This document shows, piece after piece, positions 9,718 through 19,873 of a stretch of 37,558 nt of DNA (position 1 is its first letter; each line of letters opens with the position of its first letter). The notes under the pieces are model-generated. The model was given only the letters and a program-made list of their open reading frames with translations. It did no database searches and was not told the origin of the DNA. Source of the DNA: an uncultured Candidatus Saccharibacteria bacterium (lineage in GTDB: Bacteria > Patescibacteriota > Minisyncoccia > Phycocordibacterales > UBA9973); the NCBI GenBank assembly GCA_964596605.1, contig CAZQUJ010000002.1, positions 1 to 37,558 on the forward strand, read 5' to 3'. The position numbers and the translations under genes are program-made.

Positions 9718-11175
9718 TTAATTTTTGCCAAAAGACAAAAAACGAGAAAGAAGATCGTTGTCTTTTAGGTAGTTATTTATGTGTTTTTTAGCCAGTGGTG
9801 TTTTAACAAAGCTAAGCCACTTAGATGATGGGTGACCGTTTTTATTAATTAATATCTCTACTTTGTCATTTGTTTTTAAAATAGTATTTAAAGCAGAATT
9901 TTTTCCATTAACCTTAACTCCTCCTGCGTGATCACCTATATATGTATGAACAGCATAGGCAAAGTCTAAAACACAAGAATCTTTAGGTAGATCTATAATA
10001 TCTCCTCTAGGGGTGAAAACAAATATTCTATCTTTAAAAATATCTATCTTAAGTGGTTCTTCAGAATTAGATTTATTCTTAAACAATGAATTAAGTTTAC
10101 GGGACCATTCTTTTTGTTTAAGAGATACATCTTCTTTTTTATATTTTTCTTTATATGTGAAGTGAGCAGCTAGTCCATTCTCAGCTTGTTTGTGCATTTC
10201 ATAAGTTCTTATCTGGACTTCTATAAGTCCTCCTGTCTCTGTAGAGACAATGGTGTGAATACTTTGATATCCATTGTTTTTAGGGGAAGTAATGTAGTCT
10301 CTTATTCTGTCTAATTTTGGTTTCCATTGTCCATGCAAAAGTCCGAGGACCGTATAACAATCTTCTACCGTTGGAACTATAATTCTGATGGCTATAATGT
10401 CATATATTTTATCAATTCCAATATTGTAACGTTCTAGTTTGCGCCATAGGGAATAAAGATGTTTTTGTCGATAGCTAATTTCGACGTTTTTTATTCCCGC
10501 CTCCTCTATCATTTCTTTAATTTTTTCTTTGGCTTCTAAAAGATATCTTTCTTTTACTTCTTCTTTCTCCCTGAGCATTTTTTTGACAGCATTATACTCT
10601 TGCGGATAAACATACTTAAAAGCAGAATCTTCTAATTCAGATTTTAATTTTGATAAAGATAATCTATTGGCTAATGGGGCATATATTTCAAGAGTTTCTA
10701 GGGCTAATCTTCTTTGTTTGTTTTTATCAACAAACTGAAGAGTTTCCATGTTGTGTAGTCTTTCAGCTAGTTTAATGATTAAAATTCTAACATCCTCTGC
10801 TTCGTAAATAAAAAACTTTCTTAGGTTTTCGATGTTTCTTGTTTCACCTTTGTATTTAATGTGTCCTAGTTTTGTAACACCAACTATTAGATTAAGAATA
10901 TCTTGTCCGAATTCTTTTTTAATGGTCTCTTCTTCTATTTTTGCATCTTCTAAACAATCATGAAGTAAGCCAGCTGAAATTACAGTTGGGCTCATGTTTA
11001 ATTCGGCTAAAATTTTAGCCGTAAAAGCAGGGTGGACAAAATACGGTTCACCACTTTTTCTTTTTTGACCATGGTGAGCTTCTTTTGCAAAGTTATATGC
11101 TTTTTCTATTAATTTTTTGTCTTCCTCGTTAGAGGTTCTAACCAAGGAAGATATTTCTTCTAAACTTGGTAACAT
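9718..11175 (-). CDS. rel: bifunctional (p)ppGpp synthetase/hydrolase, RelA/SpoT homolog (short, ends after the TGS domain)
   Basis: HD hydrolase motif LLHDCLED, synthetase motif RIRDYITSPKNNGYQSIHT and TGS motif IFVFTPRGDIIDLP. There is no ACT/RRM tail. Confidence 0.9.
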   Translation of the reverse strand: MLPSLEEISSLVRTSNEEDKKLIEKAYNFAKEAHHGQKRKSGEPYFVHPAFTAKILAELNMSPTVISAGLLHDCLEDAKIEEETIKKEFGQDILNLIVGVTKLGHIKYKGETRNIENLRKFFIYEAEDVRILIIKLAERLHNMETLQFVDKNKQRRLALETLEIYAPLANRLSLSKLKSELEDSAFKYVYPQEYNAVKKMLREKEEVKERYLLEAKEKIKEMIEEAGIKNVEISYRQKHLYSLWRKLERYNIGIDKIYDIIAIRIIVPTVEDCYTVLGLLHGQWKPKLDRIRDYITSPKNNGYQSIHTIVSTETGGLIEVQIRTYEMHKQAENGLAAHFTYKEKYKKEDVSLKQKEWSRKLNSLFKNKSNSEEPLKIDIFKDRIFVFTPRGDIIDLPKDSCVLDFAYAVHTYIGDHAGGVKVNGKNSALNTILKTNDKVEILINKNGHPSSKWLSFVKTPLAKKHINNYLKDNDLLSRFLSFGKN

Positions 11176-11187
11176 ATTATTTTAAAA

Positions 11188-13392
11188 TTATTTTTTAGTT
11201 ATTTTATCCGGTCTATAGTTAGGGCATTTAGAATTGCTACATCTTTCTGGAATAGTTTTTGTTCCTTCCATCATTAGTGAATTGCAGAGAGGGCACATGT
11301 TTCCTGTTGGTTTTGCTTTAATGGCAAATTTACAATCAGGGTAATTAGAACAAGAATAGAACAAACCAAATCTTCCACGTCTTTCAGTGATTTCCCCATC
11401 GCTACAAGCTGGACATTTAATGCCGGTTTTCTTTTTGGCTTCTTCGACTTCGTCTTTTTTAATGAACTTACATTTTGGATAACGGGAGCAGGCGATAAAT
11501 GAACCAAAACGACCTTGTTTTTCTATTAATTTTCCACCGCCATTTTTACCTTCTTTGTCTCCACAAACAGGGCATTTTTCTCCTGTTTCTTTTGGTCCTT
11601 CTAGTATTTTCCCTTCAATAGTTCTAGCTCCTTGACAGTCTGGGTAGTTTGAGCAGGAATAGAATTTACCATTTCTGGATAATTTAATAATCATTTTTGA
11701 TTTACACAAAGGACATTTAATATCTTCAGGAGCTTCTCCTAGATTGGTTGCTTTTTCTAGTTTCTCTTTTTCTTTGACTTCTTTTTGAAAGGGATCATAG
11801 AAGTCCTTTAATGTCTTTGTGTAGTCTCTTTTTCCATTGGAAATATCATCTAATTCATCTTCCATTTTAGCGGTAAAATCATCACTAACGTAATTAGCAA
11901 AATTGTTTTCTAGAAAACTAGAAACAACTTCTCCCGTGTCTGTAGGGAACAGAGTTTTTCCTTCCTTTTTAACATAGCCACGATCTTCAATCGTTTTCAT
12001 TATAGAAGCATATGTAGAGGGACGTCCGATTCCTCGGCTCTCTAGCTCTTTAATTAAACCAGCTTCTGTGTATCGGTTAGGTGGTTCTGTTTCTTTGGCT
12101 GTATTTCGGAGTTCAATTAATTTAATTTTTTCACCTGTTTTAACTTCTGGCAGTTCCACATCTTCTCCTTTGGCTATGGTGTCACACTTTAGCCAGCCAA
12201 GGAATAATATTCTTGAACCATTGGCTGTGAAATTAGGGATACTCTTGCTTTCTATGTTGGCAATAATTTTAGTTTTTAGTATTTTAGCATCGGACATTTG
12301 AGAAGAAAGAGTTCTTTGCCAGATTAATTGGTAAAGTTCTTTTTGTTCGTTCGTGGTTCCGGCTTGTGTTTTTTCAATGTGCGTTGGTCTAATAGCTTCG
12401 TGAGCTTCCTGAGCGTTCTTAGACTTTGTTTTATAGAAATGTGGTTCGGCATATTCTTTACCATATTTTTTTTCTATAAAAGAAATAATTTGATTTTGTG
12501 CTATGGTTGATAGGTTGGTGCTGTCGGTACGCATGTATGTTATATGTCCAGCTTCATATAACTTTTGAGCGACTTGCATGGTTCTAGAAGGTGAGAATCC
12601 TAATCTTGTGCTGGCTGTTTGTTGAAGAACGGATGTTGTAAATGGTGGTCTTGGTTGTCTTTTTTGTTCACTTGTTTTAATGTCTATAATCTCCCACTTT
12701 TCTTTTTGTCCTTTTTCTAAGATTTCTTTGACTACTTTTTCATCTCTAGGTTCTTCTGCGCAAGTTAGATTAATTTTTTCTCTTTTAATTGTTTCAAATG
12801 TTCCATCGATTACCCAAAACTTTTCTGGAATAAATGATCTAATCTCTCTTTCTCTTTCCATTATAATTCTAATGGCAGGAGATTGAACTCGGCCGGCCGA
12901 CAGGCCATATCTAACTTTTTTCCAAATAAGTCCTGATAAATCATAACCAACTAAACGGTCTAGAACTCTTCTAGCCTCTTGGGCCTTAACAAGATCAAGA
13001 TCTATGTCTCGAGGTTTTTCGATGGCTGAAGATACGGCTTCTTTTGTAATTTCATTAAAGGTAGCTCTTTTAATTGTAGCTTTTATTTTGTTATCACTAC
13101 CCAAGACTTCTTTAAGGTGCCAAGAAATGGCCTCACCTTCTCGATCAGGGTCTGTGGCTAAAATAATTTCATCTGCTTTGTGAGATAGATTTTTGAGTTC
13201 GCTGACTATCTTTTCTTTGTCTTTAGATATTTCATATCTGGGAATGAAACCAGCAGGAATATCTATAGCATTCTTATTTGATTTTGGTAAATCACGAATA
13301 TGACCGACTGATGCCCTAACAGTGTATTTACCGTCAAGGTATTTTTCAATCGTTTTAGCTTTTGATGGTGATTCTACAATTAATAACTTCAT
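11188..13392 (-). CDS. topA: DNA topoisomerase I
   Basis: Toprim start MKLLIVESPSKAKTIEKYL. I place the start at the ATG at 13390-13392 rather than the upstream TTG at 13404. Active-site region GHITYMRTDS and four C-terminal CxxC...SNYPDC zinc ribbons. Confidence 0.93.
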   Translation of the reverse strand: MKLLIVESPSKAKTIEKYLDGKYTVRASVGHIRDLPKSNKNAIDIPAGFIPRYEISKDKEKIVSELKNLSHKADEIILATDPDREGEAISWHLKEVLGSDNKIKATIKRATFNEITKEAVSSAIEKPRDIDLDLVKAQEARRVLDRLVGYDLSGLIWKKVRYGLSAGRVQSPAIRIIMEREREIRSFIPEKFWVIDGTFETIKREKINLTCAEEPRDEKVVKEILEKGQKEKWEIIDIKTSEQKRQPRPPFTTSVLQQTASTRLGFSPSRTMQVAQKLYEAGHITYMRTDSTNLSTIAQNQIISFIEKKYGKEYAEPHFYKTKSKNAQEAHEAIRPTHIEKTQAGTTNEQKELYQLIWQRTLSSQMSDAKILKTKIIANIESKSIPNFTANGSRILFLGWLKCDTIAKGEDVELPEVKTGEKIKLIELRNTAKETEPPNRYTEAGLIKELESRGIGRPSTYASIMKTIEDRGYVKKEGKTLFPTDTGEVVSSFLENNFANYVSDDFTAKMEDELDDISNGKRDYTKTLKDFYDPFQKEVKEKEKLEKATNLGEAPEDIKCPLCKSKMIIKLSRNGKFYSCSNYPDCQGARTIEGKILEGPKETGEKCPVCGDKEGKNGGGKLIEKQGRFGSFIACSRYPKCKFIKKDEVEEAKKKTGIKCPACSDGEITERRGRFGLFYSCSNYPDCKFAIKAKPTGNMCPLCNSLMMEGTKTIPERCSNSKCPNYRPDKITKK

Positions 13393-13442
13393 CTGTAATG
13401 ACAAGTATTACACGAATCAGGTTATTTTTGCAAATAACAAGA

Positions 13443-14285
13443 TTAAACTCTTAAAATTAAGCCATCATTTTCTTTTATTAACCCCCGGACTTCCATGGTA
13501 GACAAAAGAGCGTCGGCCTCTTTTTCGTCTAATTTAGATAGAATTATTAGTTCTTCTTTGTTTATAGGGTTAACTAATAGGTCAAGAATTATTTTTTCTT
13601 CTGGACGACAGAACTCATATCTTTTATTAAAATCAAATCCTAAGGCCTCTAAAATATCTTGACTTGTCGTGACGGGGATAGCTCCTTCTCTGATTAACCA
13701 ATTAACTCCTGTGGAATTTTTTGAAAATATAGACCCTGGAACAGCCAGTACATCTTTGTTGTAATCCAAGGCAAGACGAGCTGTTATTAAAGAACCAGAT
13801 TTTATTTCAGCTTCTATAATCAAGACAGCCTTAGACATTCCCGCCATTAGCCTATTTCTTTTAGGAAAGGAATAGGCGGTGGCACCAAAATCTGGTTCAA
13901 ACTCCGAGATTAAACATCCGCCACTTTTAATTATTTTTTCAGCTAATTCTAAATTACTTTTAGGGTATAAAACTTCTTTGTTTAATCCTGAACCCGGAAA
14001 GGCGACGGTGGTTAATTTTGCATCTAGGGCTGATTCGTGAGCGATGGTATCTATACCAATTGCTAGGCCGGAAACTATAACTATTGGATAACCGGCTAGG
14101 CCATTAATTAATTTCTGGCAAACTTCTTTACCATAATCTGAATATTTTCGTGAACCAACGACGGCAAGATAGACAGAATTAGAATCAGGGAAATTTCCTT
14201 TAAAGTAAAGTCTCTCAGGAGGTTGAGGAATCTCTTTTAATGATTCTGGCCACTCTTCTTTTTTAATTTGATATATTTCTTCCAT
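13443..14285 (-). CDS. dprA: DNA processing protein DprA
   Basis: Rossmann-like DprA core VVGSRKYSDYG...IVSGLAIGIDTIAHE...GSLITARLALDYNKDVLAVPG. The dprA-topA synteny is conserved. Confidence 0.85.
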   Translation of the reverse strand: MEEIYQIKKEEWPESLKEIPQPPERLYFKGNFPDSNSVYLAVVGSRKYSDYGKEVCQKLINGLAGYPIVIVSGLAIGIDTIAHESALDAKLTTVAFPGSGLNKEVLYPKSNLELAEKIIKSGGCLISEFEPDFGATAYSFPKRNRLMAGMSKAVLIIEAEIKSGSLITARLALDYNKDVLAVPGSIFSKNSTGVNWLIREGAIPVTTSQDILEALGFDFNKRYEFCRPEEKIILDLLVNPINKEELIILSKLDEKEADALLSTMEVRGLIKENDGLILRV

Positions 14286-14417
14286 CCATTAAATTATATA
14301 TTACTTATTATTAAAAAATCCGTTGACCATATTCAAAAATAGTGTCTATGTTTCCAAGGCAAGACCTTGGAAAATGAATGTTGTTTAATAGCTTATTTTT
14401 TTATATAATATACTCAT

Positions 14418-15680
14418 ATGTTAGATATAAAATTTATAAGAGAAAATAAGGACATCATTAAAGAAGGAGCTAAGAAAAAGCATCTAGGGGAAGAAGTAGA
14501 TAAGCTTTTAGGGGTAGATCAAAAAAGATTAGACTTGCTCTCTAAAGTAGAGTCTTTAAGAGCAGAACAGAATAAGGTTAGCCTTTCAATGGGTGGAACT
14601 TTAAGTGATGCTGAAAGATTTCAGTTAATAGAAGAAATGCGTTCTGTAAAGGAAGAGTTGAAAGAAAAAGAAGAAGAATTGCGTCAGACTATGGCTGAAT
14701 GGCAATTGTTAATGCTTGGTATTCCAAACATTCCAGACATTTCAGTTCCTGAAGGAAATAGCGATGAAGATAATATTGAAATTAAACAATGGGGAGAAAA
14801 ACCTAACTTTAACTTTGAACCAAAGGATCACATAGAGTTAATGACTAATTTAAAAATGGTGGATTTTGATCGTGGAACAAAAGTTCATGGTTTTCGTGGC
14901 TACTACTTAACAGGAGATGGAGCTAGACTGTCAATGGCTATTTGGAATTATGCTTTAGATTTTTTCTCAAACTTAGGTTTTACCCCCATTCTTCCTCCTG
15001 TGATTATAAGGAGAGAAACTTTTATGGGTACAGGCTATCTTCCTCAAGGAGAAGAAGATTTGTATAAAACTCAAGATGGAGATTTTCTGGCCGGAACCGC
15101 TGAGGTTCCATTGATGGGATTTCACCAAGATGAGATTTTAGAAAAAAGTGAATTACCTAAAAAATATTTAGGTTTCTCTCCTTGTTTTCGTAGAGAAGCT
15201 GGTAGTCATTCTAAAGACATCAAAGGATTAATTAGAGTCCATGAATTCTATAAATGGGAACAATTAATTTTGTGTCCTGCCTCACATGCGGAAAGTGTTA
15301 AATACCACGAAGAGATAAATCAAAATATTGAAAATTTTATAGAATCTATGGAAATTCCATATCATACTGTAGTTAACTGTGGTGGAGATTTAGGCATGGG
15401 TCAAGTTAAAAAATACGATGTTGAATTGTGGGTTCCAAAGGAAAACAAATATAGAGAAATTGGATCGGCTTCATATTTCCATGACTTTCAAACTCGTCGA
15501 TTAAATATTCGCTACAGAGATGATGATGGAAAATTAAGATATGCTCACTCATTAAATAGCACAGCTATTCCAACTCCTCGAATTCTAGTTTCTTTGGTTG
15601 AAAATTTTCAACAAGCAGATGGTAGTATAAAGATACCTTTGGTTTTGCAAAAATATTTTGGTAAAGACTTAATTTCATAA
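14418..15680 (+). CDS. serS: seryl-tRNA synthetase
   Basis: N-terminal coiled-coil arm plus class II core motifs (FRREAGSHSKDIKGLIRVHEF, GSASYFHDFQTRR, HSLNSTAIPTPR). Confidence 0.95.
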   Translation: MLDIKFIRENKDIIKEGAKKKHLGEEVDKLLGVDQKRLDLLSKVESLRAEQNKVSLSMGGTLSDAERFQLIEEMRSVKEELKEKEEELRQTMAEWQLLMLGIPNIPDISVPEGNSDEDNIEIKQWGEKPNFNFEPKDHIELMTNLKMVDFDRGTKVHGFRGYYLTGDGARLSMAIWNYALDFFSNLGFTPILPPVIIRRETFMGTGYLPQGEEDLYKTQDGDFLAGTAEVPLMGFHQDEILEKSELPKKYLGFSPCFRREAGSHSKDIKGLIRVHEFYKWEQLILCPASHAESVKYHEEINQNIENFIESMEIPYHTVVNCGGDLGMGQVKKYDVELWVPKENKYREIGSASYFHDFQTRRLNIRYRDDDGKLRYAHSLNSTAIPTPRILVSLVENFQQADGSIKIPLVLQKYFGKDLIS

Positions 15681-15685
15681 AAAAC

Positions 15686-16552
15686 ATGAGGGATATTCCA
15701 AGATCTCCACGCATTGAAGAATTAAGACGGAAGCGTCTAAAAAGAAATTTAGGATTGGTTTTTTTGTCTTTCTTAACGATTGCTTTGGTGATTGTTGGTT
15801 TATCTTTTTTGTCTAAGATAAAAGGTATACAAATAAATCAAATAGAAATAAGTGGTAATAATGTTATTAATAAAAATGAAATAGAAGGTCTAGTTAAAAG
15901 TCAACTAGAAGGTAAATATGTGTATCTTTTCCCTAGATCAAATAGTTTAATTTATCCAAGAGTTAAAATATACAATAACCTTATTTATAGTTTTCCAAGA
16001 ATTGAAAATCTATTTGTTTATATAGAGAAATTTAAGACACTAAAAATAGAAATCAAAGAAAGATCTGGTGCATATTTGTATTGTGGTCAATCCATACCAG
16101 AAGACAAAAAAGAGATTGGAGAAAACTGTTATTTCATAGATCAGGATGGATATATTTTTGATAAAGCTCCATATTTTTCAGGTAATATTTATTTTAAATA
16201 TTTTATGGAATTACCAAACAATCCTCCTGATCCATCCGGGCAAGAAATAATGCCTAAGGAGAAATTTAATAATCTAGTTTCTTTTATTAATGGAATAAAA
16301 GAACTTGATTTTGAGCCAATATATATTTTAATTGGACCAGATAACACAAACTATTTATATCTTAAAGATGGAGATAAAGGATTAAAACCAAAAATAGTTT
16401 TCAAAAATGAAGATAATCTTAATAATGTTTTGGATGATTTTTCTTTAGCCATGAAGAAGAAAGAGTTTGCTGATGAAATTACTTCTAAGTATAATAGTCT
16501 GTTATATATAGACCTTCGATTTAAAAATAAAGTCTTATATAAATTTGAATAG
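15686..16552 (+). CDS. FtsQ/DivIB-like cell division protein (single TM + POTRA)
   Basis: Basic N-terminus and one TM helix (LVFLSFLTIALVIVGLSFL), followed by a POTRA-like segment IQINQIEISGNNVINKNEIEGLV. Confidence 0.55.
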   Translation: MRDIPRSPRIEELRRKRLKRNLGLVFLSFLTIALVIVGLSFLSKIKGIQINQIEISGNNVINKNEIEGLVKSQLEGKYVYLFPRSNSLIYPRVKIYNNLIYSFPRIENLFVYIEKFKTLKIEIKERSGAYLYCGQSIPEDKKEIGENCYFIDQDGYIFDKAPYFSGNIYFKYFMELPNNPPDPSGQEIMPKEKFNNLVSFINGIKELDFEPIYILIGPDNTNYLYLKDGDKGLKPKIVFKNEDNLNNVLDDFSLAMKKKEFADEITSKYNSLLYIDLRFKNKVLYKFE

Positions 16553-16558
16553 TTAATT

Positions 16559-17545
16559 ATGAAAAAAATCTGGGATAAATTACCTAAAAACTTTTTTTGT
16601 TTGGCTCCAATGTCTGATGTTACAGATCCGGCCTTTAGACGTGTAATTGCAAAATACAGTAAGACTAATAAAAATAATAATTTGGTTTTTTGGACGGAAT
16701 TTGTTTCAGCAGATGGACTAGATAGTCCGGGGAGGGAAGTCTTAAAAAACAATTTAGTTTTTAGCCAAAAAGAAAAACCTATCATTGCTCAGCTTTTTGG
16801 GGCTAATCAAGACAAGATGAGAAAAGCTACATCATATGTAATCTCTCTTGGTTTTGATGGCATAGATATAAATATGGGTTGTCCAGATAGGGCAGTAGAA
16901 AAACAAGGAGCGGGTTCTTCTTTAATTAAGAACCCTAAACTGGCCGGTCTTTTAATTGAAGCAGTTAAGGAGGGAATAAAAGACTCAGGAAAGAAAAATA
17001 TATCTGTCTCTGTTAAGACAAGAATCGGATATAACAAGAATCAAATAGAAGAATGGATTCCGTTTTTGTTATCTTGTGATTTGGATGCTTTGACTATTCA
17101 TGCTCGAACTCGCAAAGAACTATCAAAAACCAGTGCTGACTGGAGTCATGTTAAGAGAGTGGTGGAGATAAGGAATCAGATGAAAGTTAAAACAAAAATA
17201 ATAGGGAATGGAGATGTTACTAGTTTAACCGAGGCCAAAAAATTGATGAAGCAAACAGGTTGTGATGGGGTGATGATAGGGCGGGGAATTTTTGGTAACC
17301 CTTGGTTTTTTAATTCCTCTAAAAAGAAAATTACTCTAGAAGAAAAATTAAAGGTTCTGGTTGAACACACTAATTTATTTGAAAAATTAGAAGGCCATTA
17401 TAAAAATTTTGCAGTCATGAAAAAACATTATAAAGCATACGTTAATGATTTCTCTGGGGCCAAAGAATTAAGGTTGAAATTGATGGAGACTGAAAATGCT
17501 AAAGAGGTAGGGAAGATAGTTTCTGGCTTTTTAAGTAATTCTTAA
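16559..17545 (+). CDS. dus: tRNA-dihydrouridine synthase
   Basis: Motifs LAPMSDVTDPAFRRV, IDINMGCP and IHARTR, with a TIM-barrel length of 328 aa. Confidence 0.9.
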   Translation: MKKIWDKLPKNFFCLAPMSDVTDPAFRRVIAKYSKTNKNNNLVFWTEFVSADGLDSPGREVLKNNLVFSQKEKPIIAQLFGANQDKMRKATSYVISLGFDGIDINMGCPDRAVEKQGAGSSLIKNPKLAGLLIEAVKEGIKDSGKKNISVSVKTRIGYNKNQIEEWIPFLLSCDLDALTIHARTRKELSKTSADWSHVKRVVEIRNQMKVKTKIIGNGDVTSLTEAKKLMKQTGCDGVMIGRGIFGNPWFFNSSKKKITLEEKLKVLVEHTNLFEKLEGHYKNFAVMKKHYKAYVNDFSGAKELRLKLMETENAKEVGKIVSGFLSNS

Positions 17546-17558
17546 AAGGCTATTTATC

Positions 17559-17567
17559 TGCTATAAT
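17559..17567 (+). promoter_or_regulatory. extended -10 box TGcTATAAT, 7 nt upstream of the dnaX ATG (candidate leaderless promoter)
   Basis: The sequence is ctgCTATAATataaattATG. There is no purine-rich SD between the box and the ATG at 17575. Confidence 0.4.
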
Positions 17568-17574
17568 ATAAATT

Positions 17575-18633
17575 ATGAAACCAGAAAAAAAATACCAAGA
17601 AAATATAGCTTTATATAGAAAGTATCGCCCTATTTCTTTTGATGAAGTTGTTGGTCAGGATCATATTGTTAGAGCAATTTCGGGAAGCCTAGATGCTGGT
17701 AAAATATCTCATGCTTATTTACTTCATGGTCCCAGAGGCACAGGAAAGACCACTATAGCTAGAATAATTGCAAAAGTTCTTGGAACATCACAGGGAGATA
17801 TCTACGAGTTAGATGCGGCTTCTAATCGTGGTATTGATGAAGTTAGAAGTATTAGAGATGGAGTTAGCACTTTGCCTTTTGATTCAAAATACAAAATATA
17901 TATTTTAGATGAGGTTCATATGTTTACCAAGGAAGCTTGGAATGCGTTACTTAAAACAATAGAAGAACCACCACATCATGTTATTTTTATTCTAGCTACG
18001 ACAGATATTAATAAAGTTCCTGAAACTATAATTTCTCGTTGTCAGTGTTTTTCTTTTAAAAAACCAAGTGACACAATTCTATCAGGCCTCATCAAGAATG
18101 TAGCCCAGAAAGAAGGCTACACATTAGATGATGGAGTAGCTGAATTAATTGCTCTTTTGGCCGATGGTGCTTTTCGTGATGCTTTGGGAATCCTTCAGAA
18201 AGTTATATCTTTTTCTAAAGACAAGAAAATAAATATATTAGAGGTAGAAGAAATTACAGGTGCTCCAGACCGTTTACTTGTTCATAATTTTTTAGATGCT
18301 TTAGCGGAAAAAGATATAGATAAAGGATTCTTAACGATAGATAAAGCGATTAAACAAAATATTGAAATGGCCACTTATCTTAAAATGATTTTATATAAAT
18401 TACGTTATGCTCTAATGCTTCGTTATGCACCTTCGGTTAAAGAATCAATTGAAAATATATTAAGTGCTGAAGACCTTGATTATCTAGAAAAATTAATTTC
18501 CAATAAACCAAATACTATTACTTCAACTACTTTATCTATTCTTTTAGAAACATATCAAGATACCAAAAATGCTGTTATAAGTCAGTTACCACTAGAACTT
18601 GCTCTTGTTAAAATTTTAAATGCTGATAAATAA
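17575..18633 (+). CDS. dnaX: DNA polymerase III gamma/tau subunit (short form)
   Basis: Motifs HAYLLHGPRGTGKTT, ILDEVHM and SRCQCFSFK. It is only 352 aa (domains I-III). Confidence 0.9.
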   Translation: MKPEKKYQENIALYRKYRPISFDEVVGQDHIVRAISGSLDAGKISHAYLLHGPRGTGKTTIARIIAKVLGTSQGDIYELDAASNRGIDEVRSIRDGVSTLPFDSKYKIYILDEVHMFTKEAWNALLKTIEEPPHHVIFILATTDINKVPETIISRCQCFSFKKPSDTILSGLIKNVAQKEGYTLDDGVAELIALLADGAFRDALGILQKVISFSKDKKINILEVEEITGAPDRLLVHNFLDALAEKDIDKGFLTIDKAIKQNIEMATYLKMILYKLRYALMLRYAPSVKESIENILSAEDLDYLEKLISNKPNTITSTTLSILLETYQDTKNAVISQLPLELALVKILNADK

Positions 18634-19873
18634 AAAAGAAAAAATTTGGAATGTCATAGTCATTGGTGGTGGAGCCTCAGGCTTAATGTCCGCCGTTGTT
18701 GCTTCGGCTCGTGGCCTTTCTGTTTTGTTAATAGATAAAAATGCTCACCTGGGAGAAAAGCTTAAAATAACAGGGGGTGGTCGTTGTAATATAACCAACA
18801 ACGAACCAGACTATCATAAATTTATGAGTGTCTATGGGAAAGAAGCATCTTTTTTGCATAGTCCTTTTTCTGTTTTTGGAGTTAAAGAAACTTTTAATTT
18901 TTTTGAGTCAAAAGGTTTACCCTTGGTTGAAGAGGCAAGATACAGAGTTTTTCCTTCTTCTCAAAAAGCAACAGATGTTGTTGCCTTCTTTGAAAGAGAA
19001 TTAAAGAAGAATGGGGTTAAGATAGAAAACAATTGTGCTGTTTCAAAATTAGTAAGTCAATCTAAAAAAATAGTTGAAATAAAAACCAGCAAGGGGAATT
19101 TTAAAGCCAATTCTTTTATCTTAGCTACTGGTGGCTTGTCCCATCCAGAAACTGGTTCTACTGGAGATGGTTTTAATTTTTTAAGAGATTTAGGTCACAG
19201 TGTTAGTGACCCTACTCCCGATATAGTTCCCATTGAAGTCAAAGAAGATTGGCCAAAAGAATTGGCTGGAACATCATTATCATTTATGAAAATTACTTTT
19301 TTCCTAGATGGTCAAAAGCAATTTTCTAAAAAAGGAAAAATTCTTTTTACCCATTTTGGTTTATCTGGTCCGCTTATTTTAAATAGTGCTAAATTAATTA
19401 AACCTCTTTTAGAGAAAGGAAAGGTTACAGTTCTCATTGATTTATATCCTGATTCTACTATTGGAGGCTTGGAAGATCGGTTTATAAAAATACTAGATTC
19501 AAATAAAAATAAAATACTAAAAAACGTCCTGCCTGAAATAATGCCGGATGGTTTTAATACAGTCATGAATCAATTAATAGATTTTGTTAGTTTGGATACT
19601 AAAGTTCATAGTCTTAAAAAAGAAGACCGAACTAAAATAGTTCGATTGTTAAAAGCATTACCATTAACCATAGTTGGATTAATGGGGTTAGATCGTGCTG
19701 TTGTTACTGATGGGGGAGTTTCATTAAAAGAGATTGACACCAGAACTATGAGGTCAAAATTATATGATAATCTTTATGTAACTGGAGACCTATTAAACAT
19801 CAGCCGTAATTCTGGCGGTTATTCCTTACAGTTATGTTGGACAACTGGTTATATAGCAGGTAATGCCGTCTGA
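18620..19873 (+). CDS. NAD(P)/FAD-dependent oxidoreductase, HI0933/BaiN family
   Basis: Motifs VIVIGGGASGLM and GGGRCNITN, with C-terminal YVTGDLLNISRNSGGYSLQ. Confidence 0.85.
   Translation: MLINKKEKIWNVIVIGGGASGLMSAVVASARGLSVLLIDKNAHLGEKLKITGGGRCNITNNEPDYHKFMSVYGKEASFLHSPFSVFGVKETFNFFESKGLPLVEEARYRVFPSSQKATDVVAFFERELKKNGVKIENNCAVSKLVSQSKKIVEIKTSKGNFKANSFILATGGLSHPETGSTGDGFNFLRDLGHSVSDPTPDIVPIEVKEDWPKELAGTSLSFMKITFFLDGQKQFSKKGKILFTHFGLSGPLILNSAKLIKPLLEKGKVTVLIDLYPDSTIGGLEDRFIKILDSNKNKILKNVLPEIMPDGFNTVMNQLIDFVSLDTKVHSLKKEDRTKIVRLLKALPLTIVGLMGLDRAVVTDGGVSLKEIDTRTMRSKLYDNLYVTGDLLNISRNSGGYSLQLCWTTGYIAGNAV

Noticed and set aside
14351-14373. A perfect 9-bp hairpin (TTTCCAAGG-CAAGA-CCTTGGAAA) between dprA and serS, considered as a possible T-box or attenuator for serS.
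   Set aside because: The whole intergenic region is only 132 bp, with no specifier-loop or T-box consensus, and a TATAAT lies 8 nt before the serS ATG. It may be an operator, but nothing more supports that.
17575-18633. A programmed -1 frameshift in dnaX, as in E. coli tau/gamma.
   Set aside because: The gene encodes only the gamma-length core and stops cleanly. No slippery A-AAA-AAG plus hairpin context was seen.
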